DNA of 63,843 bases, the filler included, from Vannella sp. (Eukaryota): assembly GCA_023345925.1 (NCBI GenBank). It is 9 parts of 9 records of this genome, joined end to end, with 100 filler letters (N's around TTAATTAATTAA, not from the genome) between each part and the next. Parts side by side here need not be neighbours in the genome. Positions count along the whole stretch, not along the records: positions 29,509 to 38,092 come from JAJQQN010000823.1; positions 38,193 to 45,271 come from JAJQQN010001460.1; positions 45,372 to 55,353 come from JAJQQN010000025.1; 6 more parts are not named here. One strand, written 5' to 3'. Within the stretch, counting starts at the first letter, position 1. Each line of letters starts with the position of its first letter. This document shows positions 34,701 to 45,378 of this stretch, in pieces. The position numbers and the translations under genes were made by a program. The notes under the pieces are model-generated. The model was not told where the DNA came from. It did not search any database and saw nothing but the letters and a program-made list of their open reading frames with translations.

Positions 34701-35713
34701 GTCATAGCCTGAGAGTCATCCAGGGCAATAACAAGCTGCTCTGCTACAAAACATGCCGATGCAATGTTCTCCACTCCTTCCTGCATCCACAATTGTGCTA
34801 TGTGTTGCGATAAGGTCAAGCATTCCTCTTCAATGTCGTCCCAAACGACATCATCCAACTGCATAGGGATCCTCTTTAAAAAGACCCGCACTTCATCTCT
34901 GATGGTTCGACCCTTTTCTAGGGAGACCACCGGTGTGATTGCTTCCAAAGAACCACACACAGGTTCAATTAAAACTCGCTGCAGAGAGGCAGACAAGTGA
35001 CTAAGGGGATCAAACGATTCGGAGTTGCAAAGCTGTAGCATCTCGCGAAGCTTTTCTAAAAGACTCCTAGCCCGGAAGTGGTGGCCAGCCTGAGGCTTGC
35101 GAATGGTCAATCCCCGACATAACTGGATCTGAAGGGGATTGGGCTGCAAAGAGTCTGACCCTCCCTGTTGGAGAGACAGGAACAAGAGAACCAATCTCTC
35201 CTCCACAGGCAATGCAGAGACCAGGAACAGCAATGCCTCTTGTAGCTGGTCTCCTTTGTATATAGCGGATCCAAGGGCGAACCAGAGATTCCACCTGAAG
35301 CATTCGTCGGCACATTCTTTCTCCTCCTGGAAGATGCGCCCTGTTGTTGGAGGCAAGGGGGTACTATTCAATAGATGCTTCATGATAGCCGCAACGCCAG
35401 CGTTGCATATCAACAAAGGGCTCTCCCCCAGCTGCTGAAGGACTCTCGTCGTGGCCCACTGAACCAGTGACGGGTCCTCTTGCAGAAGCAAGATCACTGC
35501 GTCGGCTACATCGCCCAAGCGTGTACACAACTTACCAGCACTAAGCAGTTGAAGCAGGAGAGGGTCGATCCTCGACCCGGCCAGCTTGCCGATCAAGAAG
35601 AGAATGAAAGCCTTCCAAAGAACCGACAAGAAGGGAACCTTCTGTGACAATTTGGAGCCTTTTCTCAACAAATAAAAAAAAAAAAGATTCAATTGTCCAA
35701 AACAAAAAGTCAT
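31781..35713 (-). CDS. Large intronless Leu-rich helical protein of unknown function with basic C-terminal NLS-like tail
   Basis: 1310-codon ORF ending PPKKLRKLRFR; start uncertain. Confidence 0.75.
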   Translation of the reverse strand: MTFCFGQLNLFFFYLLRKGSKLSQKVPFLSVLWKAFILFLIGKLAGSRIDPLLLQLLSAGKLCTRLGDVADAVILLLQEDPSLVQWATTRVLQQLGESPLLICNAGVAAIMKHLLNSTPLPPTTGRIFQEEKECADECFRWNLWFALGSAIYKGDQLQEALLFLVSALPVEERLVLLFLSLQQGGSDSLQPNPLQIQLCRGLTIRKPQAGHHFRARSLLEKLREMLQLCNSESFDPLSHLSASLQRVLIEPVCGSLEAITPVVSLEKGRTIRDEVRVFLKRIPMQLDDVVWDDIEEECLTLSQHIAQLWMQEGVENIASACFVAEQLVIALDDSQAMTRSSGYSTIAIASLAKAFERISVPLASHLLPITHSLCAIFTFLDRKSIGYSLANTEIFQILFRTLQQRILSATDWVHCLGQVSQALTGRAFLTYFCHNFFQNIVSIFHTTKLRLSPDQRSSLAKLIIEVFPTKRELVLHFIRSVRIFYQRFKLDLESTPFSQVFTTSLYLFGPHPFIKGDYTGAMAVMIELIAECAIQGRIDSLWEAILSLFLMIGCERIALDLALNVSQHFKLERSSSYQAMSFSFSRWASNVLEEHPRIAPFLVERLSLESPSFRQNLVASLSSKDISALPNVSIFLQKLLESEQRETVPDDATLDKISKPGGALNLYRIPASFPASLYPFLGISGSLFNHTLFQLNSCSLPEWLKAGFSKQEIPAPVSIELIRNILQIYVKESLPNAYEVGTFFFLLLLEQSRTSASLQTKELVSVASEFRDWTAEESILLCFRSLWSTNGLFTGTQLFACIKLTFSLLSEGSRMDLLQYDHISLLDCTTDSFSLPPSSCSRLDVIEMMLSEGGNSLLLQNDGSSTILLQRLLFLSYHPLLADQKPSIQSSHRIFRMILSRCDVLGELREPSSCFGGRIQQIEAYWVSILTPRDTVSLTHWMKWELTLSCNLEIPFSTIQRMQTEQYYRLLTQVFFPYSVASLSTLFVSLLKSTSDCVAQRELLCILRDWCKEATQQTETCEWLLDLLEGSDSSLSLIQSENPSLVWYHVLPESIFPFSTALLPIFDRWHSLVSKWLTVAEQTPEKMNNFLFLFDHLLNPSLWAPFSDLPSTYLSEASQFVERLMNGSSPIRALLQSNWVNGIHLRGSIIARLHSKCQQTAFCRSLLAVLDQHLVLSYQEVPLEPITSTNNPLLTIASSWNAPHQTVPQRSSSILNEDLQALMGAPVLPISAPPFQPLPRKPSSIRDAFLSRHAAAISHIDQIHQTSQPTSSPLTSTLSAAPPTSKQSKPKKSRPEASQPPKKLRKLRFR

Positions 35714-35738
35714 TTAAATTAGTTAATCAAGCCACCAA

Positions 35739-37876
35739 TCAAGCTGATACCACAAAGATGTTGGCCTTGTTGCCAGCCAGAATCATTCTTTGGAAAATGT
35801 CTGAGCCGAGATGCCGTACCATTTGATGGTCGCACATCTTCACAAAGATATCCCTGCGCTCCTGTCAAAAAGTAAGATTCAGATACGAGAGCTGGAACGG
35901 AGTCTGCTCACTGCATTGGATCGCTGAAGAAAGCGCTCTAAAAAGATGTCGTGGCGAGCAAACGCTCCCAAGGTTTCTTTGGTGTATCTGTAGAGTTCAT
36001 GATATTCTCTGCACCCAATCAATTCTCTGAATAAGTTCAATAGATATTCAAAAGCACTGGAAGAGAGCTCCTCTGAAACTGGAACGTGTTTGCTTTTTGG
36101 TGGGAACATTTTCTGGTGAATCGAAACGACCTGGAGCGCTTTCTTCTCCATTGGACTCATTGGAAGAAGCTTTCCTTTCAAATATTCCAGACAAGCTATG
36201 CTATTCACCACTGCTATTTCTAGGAGCGACTTTCCTTCTCTGCCACGAAGGTTGACTTGCTTTGGTTCCAAAACGAGGATGCGTTTAAGGAGATCCAAGT
36301 CGTTCTTGTAAATTGCCGTCCATGCATCGTCCAAACTCACATGAATGGGAACAAACACATCCAGTGGAACCCTCAAGCAGAGCGGAAGAGAGACTACCTT
36401 GAGGGACGGGAAATAGCTTAGAAGATGTTGAGCTTCGAATTGACTAAGATGGTTTGACGGAGGATAATGGAGGAGGTTGAGTTTCTCTAACGAATGGGAT
36501 AGGACTCTCCAATCAGTATCTTTAAAACATCTCGCCACATTTCCACACGACCGCATATCCAGCTCCTGTAAACTCGTGCATCCTTTTAAGATACAGAAGA
36601 ACATCTCAGGAACAATTCTGAAGCATTCAGCAGCTCCAAGTTGGATTAAGTGTGTACAACTAGCAATAGCACGACAGAGATTCTCTGTTATCAATGAATT
36701 GAGGAAGGATATATCCAGAGTCAGAAGGTGTTTCGCATTATTTTCAACAAGAGAGGCAAGGGAAAGTGCATCTGTCATGCCTTTACAATTAGCTAACCGG
36801 ATAGAGGTAAGCTGGTAAAAGTTAGTAGCCATGGTATGCAAGAGTTGGTCATCCATTTGGCAAGAATCAGTCAAATCCACCTCCTGAATTCTCCCCCAGT
36901 GCGCTGCAACACTCCCAAAGAGTTTCACCAAGTTAATAGATGCGTTGAAAGGAATAGAAATCTTCTTCCAGACATCCTGATCCTGAGAAACACGCCAGAA
37001 CCTTTGGCACACTAACTGCAGCGAAGCCAAATCTTTCATCTCGAGGAACGAGAAGACGTGCACCAAGTCCTCGTCACTCAAATCATTCATATTGATGCGC
37101 CTTCTCCTGGGTTGTCTTCTCTCCCCATGGGAGGGAAGGGAGACTGGTGGACCGATCCTTCGAGGACCCCAATCTTTCCATGGACGTGGAACCTTGCGGA
37201 GGCGCGAGAGAGTGAGAAGTCGAAGCTTACGAACAATGGAGCATATGGTGGAATTGGAGAAGTAGTGATGCTGGTACCATTGACGGAGTAATCTTTGGAT
37301 CCAAACTTGGTCTCTCGATGGCAGCCGGATGGAGGATTCGTCCACAGGGTTGAGTGAGATGATACGATGCCTCTCTCTCTTGATAAAGGAGTACATCATC
37401 GCTGGAAGAGCTGCGTCAACAGAGCTTAGAAACTGAAAGATCTGCAACCGGTGGGCCCCCTTGTGGGTTACTCCCCCCATTGTCCCATTTGAATGGTTTG
37501 TAGGAGAGAACAGTGAAGCACATAGTGCATCAATGATGTACAGCCCGCATCGAGCGTAGTGAGATCGCTGGGTTAGGACAAAGTTCTCGAGTTTCTTTGC
37601 AATCGCTCTGGGATGCGCGAGAATGGCTTTCGCTGAATCCTCAGCTAACAAACGGATCTTCCATTCAGCTATGGGAGGTTCACTGCTGGCCAACACCTCC
37701 AGACGCTTTTGGAACTGCACCACCTCAGACGATACCAGAAGAGATGGGGTGTCCACCTTCTGCCTCTTCCTGTGCGCCTCTCCTTCACCTGTTGACTCTC
37801 TCCCCCTCTTCGCGTGACCCTCTTTCTCCAGCCTTTCCAATGTCCCTGATGATGGGCCATGATTGGTGGATTTCAT
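35739..37876 (-). CDS. CID-like domain + F-box + LRR + ankyrin-like protein
   Basis: CID-like GLYIIDAL...IQRLLRQWYQHHYF; F-box DLSDEDLVHVFSFLEMKDLASLQLVCQRFWRV; Cys-containing LRRs. Last exon joined via a GTGAGC...ACAG intron. May start further upstream. Confidence 0.8.
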
Positions 37877-38092
37877 GAACCAATCACAGACACCCACCTG
37901 GGACAAGTCGAATGGAGCAACTGAGAACCAAAACACACAAACGAGAAAAGTCCAGGGACTGCTTGTGTTCTCGAGAACGAGGGAAGGGTAAAAACAAAGG
38001 GAGCCAAAAAAGGAAGTTCTGCCGATCCGCTTTGGCGAATTCGGCTCGTGCCACCGCAATGAAGCAAGCGGCGCGCTGCACGGCATCATGCG

Positions 38093-38192
38093 NNNNNNNN
38101 NNNNNNNNNNNNNNNNNNNNNNNNNNNNNNNNNNNNTTAATTAATTAANNNNNNNNNNNNNNNNNNNNNNNNNNNNNNNNNNNNNNNNNNNN
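38093..38192. other. Artificial contig spacer
   Basis: N44-TTAATTAATTAA-N44. Confidence 0.99.
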
Positions 38193-38749
38193 CGTCCAAT
38201 CAACGGGTTGCTTGTTTCTGGTGGACTTCCTTTTTTAGCATCCACGTCTTAATTAGGGGCTCCATTGAAACTGCATGGAGAGCGAACTGCTGTTGGCCAC
38301 TGATGGAGAGAGTCCATCTCTTTGGGTGTCGCTCCCAATGATTTCGATTCACTCACGTTTGAACAGTCTGGGACAAGCTCTTTGCCTTGAACCCAAGCAA
38401 TGGCAATGGAGGCTGCACTCGCATGTGCTGGCCCAAAGATTAATGGAGGCAACGGGGAAGGGAGATGTCAGGTCGGTTAGATAAGTCCCTAACAATGCGC
38501 GGTGGATGGACACAACGGTTGAACTTTCCCTCCAATCGGCAATCAGCCGAAGCCCTCCTGATTGGTAATTAAAATACATCAATGCTGCATAAAATTTGCT
38601 TACACGCATTTTCCAAGAGTTTGGGATGTGACAAAGGGAGACGAAGTTTTGGCGGGAAACGGACCTTCTCGATCGAGAAGTCGGTTACAGATCCAAAAGC
38701 GGCCGTTGACCCACATGTTTCATTCTTTTCCTTCGCGTTTTGGTGTGGC

Positions 38750-40261
38750 ATGGAGCCATTACTTTCCAAACGGAAAAGAGAAGTTGCGCAACACTCTTCG
38801 AATGACTCTTTTCCTTGTGAGAGTGAACTTGAACTTACACCTTCCGTTTATCAAAAGGTGAAGGGCCTCGCTCAGAAGTTGTCCTCGCCCCAAGTAAGTG
38901 GATTCTACTGTGAGATCAAGACCTTCCTTTAACTCTTGTTAAAACAGAAGCGACGTCGCCTCGCTCCCATCGACCAACCTCTCCCTTTGGTCCTTCCCAT
39001 GGTCCTTGAAGAGGAACGCCGTCCTGCTCTCACACTCTCACACTCTCACGCCAACGGATTTATCTCTTCTTCTCCCAAGCCACCCAGTGAGTCTCCACCT
39101 CGCAGTTGCCTGGCCATCCTCCCTTACTTACCCTTGCTAGCTTGCAAGAGCCCTCAGGTTTCCTTCCGTAACAAGGAGAACCAGTTTGCTCGGTCCCTCC
39201 TGTCACCAGCAAAGCCACCACGATGTGTATCCAACCCCACTGTCCAACGTTCTGTGTCAATGGACGAGGAGAAACAGTCGGACGAGATCCTCTTCTCCCC
39301 TCTCTTCACGAAACGAGCCCTTCCTCGCTCTTTAACAGCAAGCAGTATCGTTGCTGAGACAGCCACTCGGCGGGAGTCACTCCAACCAGAGGAGTGTCCT
39401 TCCCTTCCTGTGCAACCCTCCGCAGCTCGCTCGGACACCATCTGCTTACGGTCTGAAGAGCAGATAGACGACTTCTCTGACGAAGACTCACTGAACGAGG
39501 AGTTCCCCTTGGACGAGACGTCCGAAGTGGACATCTTTGTGGACACTTCGAGTGAAGAGAACTCGCTCTCTCTGGTTGATGACGCGGACACATCTGGTCT
39601 GGAGCACGACTTGGAATCGCTGCTCTTCATCAAGTCTGTACCACCCATCCCCCAAGTATACCTCAACCGCAAGCCCCATCTCCCACCCAAACGGCTGGAT
39701 GCTCCCAAGATCACTTTGGTGCTCGATCTCGACGAGACTCTGGTCCACTGTGAGACCTCCTTCCTGGCAGACGCAGACTACAAGTTCCCAATCCCCTTTG
39801 GTGGACAAGTGTACGAGGTGTGGGGACGCAAACGGCCTTTTGTCGATGAGTTCCTCGCTCGAGTCGCCCAGCTCTTCGAGGTTGTCGTCTTCACTGCCTC
39901 CCAGCAAGTGTACGCCGACTTTATCTTGGATGAGCTCGACAATGCCGGTGTGATCGACCACAAGCTGTTCCGAGACTCGTGCGTCCTTGCCAACGGCAAC
40001 TTTTTGAAGGATCTGACTGTTCTCGGTCGTGATCTCTCTCGTGTGGTGATTGTGGACAACGCCATCACGTCCTTTGCCTATCAAGTGGACAACGGCATCC
40101 CCATCATCAGCTGGTTTGACGACAACCAAGACCGGGAGCTTCAGGATCTCCTTCCCTTCCTTGAGCAGCTCTCCCAAGTGGACGATGTTCGCCCTCACAT
40201 CCGCTCTGCCTTCTCTATCCAAGACCAAATCGATTCGCTGTCCAAAACCGCCAAGAAATGA
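38750..40261 (+). CDS. CTDSPL2: CTD small phosphatase-like (FCP1/SCP HAD family) protein, 2 exons
   Basis: TLVLDLDETLVH, KRPFVDEFL, VVVFTASQQVYAD, KDLTVLGRDLSRVVIVDN, NGIPIISWFDD. Confidence 0.85.
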
Positions 40262-40287
40262 GCTCCTCCTGTACGATAAACGGCCCT

Positions 40288-41988
40288 TTATGGGCGCTTC
40301 TCATCCATGTCGATTGGACATGATAGCTGGGGAGGTCTGTCCCAGTAGAAAGGGTGAACTCGAACGACAAAAGGCTCTGTAAGGAGCACAGACATGACCC
40401 GGAAGCCTCGCTCAAAGTCTTCATCTTGATAACTTCTCAAACACCATTTCCTGGCTGCTTCCACTTTGTCTTGGCATTCATGGAGCCGGCTCCAATCCAC
40501 TCCAGTAGTGATACAGTGACTCAGAATAGCTCTCGTTGGGCCTGATGGGATTCCCGCTTTCCCATACTTGGTGATGTAGAACAGGTTCTGTCTGAAGAAG
40601 CCATCTTCACTCCTTGTGAACCGAGAGAAGTTTTGAGGCGAAGTGAAGACCCACAAGCACCCTGTCATCTCGCAAAGGTGCCCCGCTGGCCGATCAAATG
40701 CACCAGTTCTAAAGTGGTTGGTACTCCAGCCTGCTGCTTGATGGTAGTAAGCATCTGGGTGGTGGGAGGGAAGCCTGGTGCTGTCATCAGTCAACCAACT
40801 CATCATTTCCTGCATTCTGGGAAGATTGTGAAGGATATCTCGAGCATTGGCTTTGCACTCAATGATTGCAAGAACGTCATCAACCCAGTAAATGGCTTTG
40901 GGAGAGTCCAGCTTCAGCTTCCGGAGCTCCTTTTCATGTGAACGGCTTTTCAGTATCGTCTCAATCACGCTCTTCTGGTCCTCCTGAGAGGACTCCTCCA
41001 CGTGCAAGCGGCCTTTGACAATCATATAATCGACCTCCGCGCGGGCCATTCCCAGTGTCACTGAGTGAAGGATGGCGAACTGGTCCCCAGTCGAGGGTGG
41101 GTTTTGGATCCCCAGTTGAAGAGCTTCTAGACATTCACATGCAGCTGCTCCATCCATAACCTTCGGTGCGATACATTGAACAGTAGCAAGAAGTGAAAAC
41201 GCCTCGAAAGAAGACCCACTCAGTTTACCCAAAGCTCCAGAAGATTGGTTCATCTTCTTGCGATCTTCCTTCGCTTGAGTGACCCCGCTTTTCTCTTCGC
41301 ATTCAGCTCGTTGTTCGTCGATCTGTTGTAGCTCCTGGTAGATCAATGAGGCATCAATGAGCGGTTGCAGGGCGGCCTCTTCAGCTAGAATGGTCTCAGT
41401 GTAGTTGTCAGCGTTCTTCAGCAGGCTCTCTCTCTTCGCTGGAGGTATCTTGGGGTTATCTAGACCCCTCATAACGGACTCTTTGGCCTTGTTGAGCTTG
41501 TGAATCTTGTCAATACGAGCGAGGATGTCGGAAACCTCTTTCGATCCTGCTGCCTTCGCCTTGATTGCCTTCTGCTGAGATTTAATGACAGCTAGTCCAG
41601 GGTCACTTTGTTGTTGGTCATTGACTCGCTGCATGGCTTGAATGGCACCGCTATTCTTCTGTTGGTCATATTCCTGCTCAAGCCAGGCAACAAAGGACTG
41701 GAGATCCTGGAACTGGACTGTCTTATCAGGTACTACATCTGAGAATGGCTTAATCTCTGCTGAAACGACCCCCGCTGCTTTGAGAAGCTCCTTCCTAAAG
41801 TTGAAAACGGCGCTCCCAGAAGGATCCTCGTTCGTTGCGAAACAGTCGGAAGCCTCTTCCACAAGGTCTCCCAGTCCGTTTCGAAGGATCTCGCGTTGAT
41901 CCTCTGCACTCTGTACCCCCAAAAGAGAAGGAATAAGCTCCCGATGACGGATCCTCACCAACGGCAGGTATCTTTTCAGTGTCGCCAT
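40288..41988 (-). CDS. Coiled-coil protein with putative PD-(D/E)XK nuclease-like domain
   Basis: 566-aa intronless ORF: long coiled coil, then GSSFE ... AEVDYMIV ... IIECKAN. Confidence 0.6.
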   Translation of the reverse strand: MATLKRYLPLVRIRHRELIPSLLGVQSAEDQREILRNGLGDLVEEASDCFATNEDPSGSAVFNFRKELLKAAGVVSAEIKPFSDVVPDKTVQFQDLQSFVAWLEQEYDQQKNSGAIQAMQRVNDQQQSDPGLAVIKSQQKAIKAKAAGSKEVSDILARIDKIHKLNKAKESVMRGLDNPKIPPAKRESLLKNADNYTETILAEEAALQPLIDASLIYQELQQIDEQRAECEEKSGVTQAKEDRKKMNQSSGALGKLSGSSFEAFSLLATVQCIAPKVMDGAAACECLEALQLGIQNPPSTGDQFAILHSVTLGMARAEVDYMIVKGRLHVEESSQEDQKSVIETILKSRSHEKELRKLKLDSPKAIYWVDDVLAIIECKANARDILHNLPRMQEMMSWLTDDSTRLPSHHPDAYYHQAAGWSTNHFRTGAFDRPAGHLCEMTGCLWVFTSPQNFSRFTRSEDGFFRQNLFYITKYGKAGIPSGPTRAILSHCITTGVDWSRLHECQDKVEAARKWCLRSYQDEDFERGFRVMSVLLTEPFVVRVHPFYWDRPPQLSCPIDMDEKRP

Positions 41989-42214
41989 GAGGAATGAACC
42001 ACTTTGAATCTATAATAAATGTTGTCGGAGCCCAGGTATGAACATGGTGAAGATGAATGGCCCCTTTTCTGATTGGTCCATGGGAAACACGGCCTTTGAC
42101 TTGCTGGGAAACAATTGCGCAGTGGGCGCCTGTGATTGGTGGTCGGGGACAGGATCGGGCAATTATTACCGAGAAACCTGTACCACTCAGCCTCATTCCT
42201 CCACACACTCCGCC

Positions 42215-42976
42215 ATGAGAGCACGCATGATTATTCTCGTTTGCAGTTTAGCGTTGCTTTCGCTCGTGTATGGACAATGTAAGTGCTGTTGCAGGCTTTC
42301 AGAAATGGGACTGACGTGGTGATCAGCGTATGAGTGCGGTGCTCCCTGCATTTCTGAGTTTCCCCTATGCCAGAACTCTCGTTGCGACAAGAGTAACGGG
42401 GTTTGCGTTGATACTCCCAAGAAGAACCCAGTGCCCAAGGGTTGTTGCACAAAGTCGTCCGACTGTGGAAGAAATGACGATCCTTGCCTCTTAGCGCAGT
42501 GCAACCTCGAATCAAACACATGCGAATACGACTCGCTTTGCTCTGACTCTGCCCCTGAAGACGTGCCTTGCAAGTCTCGTAAAGACTGCCGGGACAACGA
42601 CGTTTGCAGCCAGGAGGACTGTGTTAACAACTTCTGTGTTGTCTCTCCTGATCTCTCTGCTAAAGACCCAGGCTGCTGCGAAGTGAAGGACGACTGCCCT
42701 TTCGTAAATGGGAGTATTCCTTTCTGCCGGCGTGACACCTACCGTTGTGTGTACAAACCTGATCCTTCCTTCGTGCCTCCAGCTGCTTGTCCATCTCCTA
42801 TCCCCAGACAATTCAGCTCTGGTTCCAACGGAGGAGACGAAGATCCAGGTGTTGGTGACATCATCGGTGCCATCATTGGTTTCATCATCTTGGCAGCGCT
42901 CATTGTGGCCTTCATCATCGTTGTGATCCTGATGATAATCCAAAAGATCGTTCGCAAACTCACCTCTGAGCGTTAA
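42215..42976 (+). CDS. Cys-rich type I membrane protein (2 exons)
   Basis: Signal peptide, GTAAGT intron, CC....DC and D.C....C repeats, TM IIGAIIGFIILAALIVAFIIVVILMII. Confidence 0.8.
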
Positions 42977-43059
42977 GCCACCGCGGCCAAGTTGGACCGA
43001 GCTTCGTTGTACAATACACCCCTTCACCTTCATCGAGTATCAAACATGTTTATGGAGGT

Positions 43060-44241
43060 CTAGAGGATCGTGCAGCACCCTCCAGAGTTCTCCGTTTCCG
43101 GAGCACCGAAGACAGCCAAGTCAGCAGCCGAAAACTCGTGAGCGGGCTCCAGAGGCACGGAGTAGTGGGTACAACCAGCTAGTTGGACAGTGATCGGGAC
43201 ACCAATCTCAATGAAAGACTCCCCCTTGACCTGAGAGCAAGGAACAGGTGAGAACATGACCTCCTCAAGGCGCACGACTTACAAAGACTCGGAGCATCAC
43301 CACGTGGTGGTAGCGGAAGATAGCAGCGGTTTCGATAGTGGGGAACAGTTCCGGTCCCAGTTCTATGTCAAGCTTGATCTGCTTTGTCTCGTCAGGTTCG
43401 CATGCAGAGTCAGGCCACTTGACTTGGAAGATGGCGGGCATTCGGGAGTTGAACTCCTTCGATTTGCTTAGCTTTTGATACCAGTGAGGCATGATCATCG
43501 ACTCGACGCGCTTGACAGACTTGGCGGTCTCGTTCTTCATTGAGAAGAGGATCTTGATCGTCTCCCCGGCTTCCCAAACGTCTCGGTTCATCTGTCAAGC
43601 AGTGTGAGACTAACTTATGACCAACACTATAGTTGTGGTACCTTAACGTTCATCTCTAGGGCCTTGGTGCTGAGCATGAACTTCTTCATCATCGTGAAGT
43701 TCACCTTTCGAGGTACAGGCGGAGCGGGGAGGAACTTCCCCACCATAGTAACAGGAGCGAAGGCTTCTTTCACTTGCGTACTCTTCTTTCGCTTGGTCTT
43801 CTTCCCCTTGTTGGCAGCCCACGTACCGGAATCCTCAATGTGTCCCCAAACACCGTACGTAATGCCTGACTTGCCAACTTCAATAGAAGGGGGAAGGGGA
43901 CAGTCTTCTGGCACAGGACAGGAGAACTGGTACTCGTAGCGGCCTGGAGGAATGGAGGTTTTGGGAGGGCGCCCAGACTTGCCGTCGGGCATTCCTATCA
44001 GGTAGACGGTCTTGTCCAGGAAGTTCACAAGGGCCTTCTCATGGTGCTTGTTGTCTCCTTCCCCCAGACAGATCCAGATCTTCTCCTTGCCGAAGAGGTA
44101 CACTTGAAGGGTGAGGAGGTCGATCTTGCTGTGGACATCAAGGATAAGCGTCCCCGTGATGTCATCTCCCGTGGAGTAGACAGGTTTGTCCAACACAATA
44201 CTGATCTCGTTCTTCGTTCCTAACAGGCCATCCAGAACCAT
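43060..44241 (-). CDS. Arrestin-domain (alpha-arrestin-like) protein ending in a CaaX motif (3 exons)
   Basis: ISIVLDKPVYSTGDDITGTL, GKEK, PGRYEYQFS..P..LPPS, WEAGETIKI; spliced end GGCCTIL*. Confidence 0.8.
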
Positions 44242-44416
44242 CGCAGGCCCGCCCGGAAGGGAAGAAAATGAAAGCGAACGCGTCCGCAAGCACAAACTTT
44301 CTCATTTCCCAGTTGCCCACGCCCCATTCCCTTTCTCACGCTCCCTATCAGGTCGGAGTCATTCCATGGGTGAGAGAAATGCAATTAGTGTTGATTGGAC
44401 GGAAATCGAAGGGATG

Positions 44417-45271
44417 TCACTTTGATTGGGATTGTGGGGAGGCGGCGAAGACTTCCATCAGTTCAGGGGTGTAGTTTTGTCGACCTGCGAGCGTGGATGC
44501 TGTAACTTTGCCCTTGTAACCACTGGCTACTTTGGTGAAGAGATTTGGAGAGCAGGAATGGGAGCAAAACGCAACAAGATCGCTACCCATGTGAAGCCCG
44601 CAATTATTATTGATCATCCACTGGGCCCGACCTTGACCTTGGTGGTATTCATGGAGCTGCTGGTACACATTCTCATTTTGGAGGAGTTTGATGGGAGCCT
44701 GATTGTTCAATCCAAAAGAGAAAAGGAAGGTTTCCTGGCTGGGCATGGTGCCGCCGGAACCAAAGGTGTCGCGAATGAAAGCCCCAAAGACGTATTTGGT
44801 TTCCTTGGACTTGATGAGAACCAGAATGTCGCTCAGTCCTCGGACAGCATCATCAAACACTTGAGTATGAGTGCCTCTTACACTGGTGACAAGAAGGCGG
44901 AAAGAGCGAACATCGTCAGGTAACATCATCGCAAGACTCTTAGAGGTCGCTGCTGTCAAAATTTTTGATGGAACAGAGAAGGGGGGAGTTTTGATGACGT
45001 TCCTCTGCTGGAACAGCTTTCCCAGATTCAGGTTGATGATATCGACCTGCTCTTGGAGTTCTCCTTCTTCAGGGGAAGCAGCAGTGAGATACGCCTTGAG
45101 GTCTTTCAAGAGGCTCTGGACAATGTGCAAGTTGGAGAGGAAGCGATTTCCAAAGAGGGCGGCCGCAGTCTCCCTCAACAAGGTCACATACTTGAGGCCC
45201 AGACTGGCTTGTTGATTGAGGCGCACCAAGTCTGCAAATGACTTGCAAGACATCTTCATCAACTCAGCATG
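44417..45271 (-). CDS. TLDc-domain protein, 5' truncated
   Basis: FRLL...F...V....ILVLIKS...VFGAFI...ETFLFSF...LMEVF. Confidence 0.7.
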   Translation of the reverse strand, partial: HAELMKMSCKSFADLVRLNQQASLGLKYVTLLRETAAALFGNRFLSNLHIVQSLLKDLKAYLTAASPEEGELQEQVDIINLNLGKLFQQRNVIKTPPFSVPSKILTAATSKSLAMMLPDDVRSFRLLVTSVRGTHTQVFDDAVRGLSDILVLIKSKETKYVFGAFIRDTFGSGGTMPSQETFLFSFGLNNQAPIKLLQNENVYQQLHEYHQGQGRAQWMINNNCGLHMGSDLVAFCSHSCSPNLFTKVASGYKGKVTASTLAGRQNYTPELMEVFAASPQSQSK

Positions 45272-45371
45272 NNNNNNNNNNNNNNNNNNNNNNNNNNNNN
45301 NNNNNNNNNNNNNNNTTAATTAATTAANNNNNNNNNNNNNNNNNNNNNNNNNNNNNNNNNNNNNNNNNNNN
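45272..45371. other. Artificial contig spacer
   Basis: N44-TTAATTAATTAA-N44. Confidence 0.99.
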
Positions 45372-45378
45372 GCCGGTT

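Noticed and set aside
39488..40228. Long antisense ORFs (also 54663-55409, 59700-60218, 42512-43033)
   Set aside because: Shadow ORFs opposite better-supported genes.
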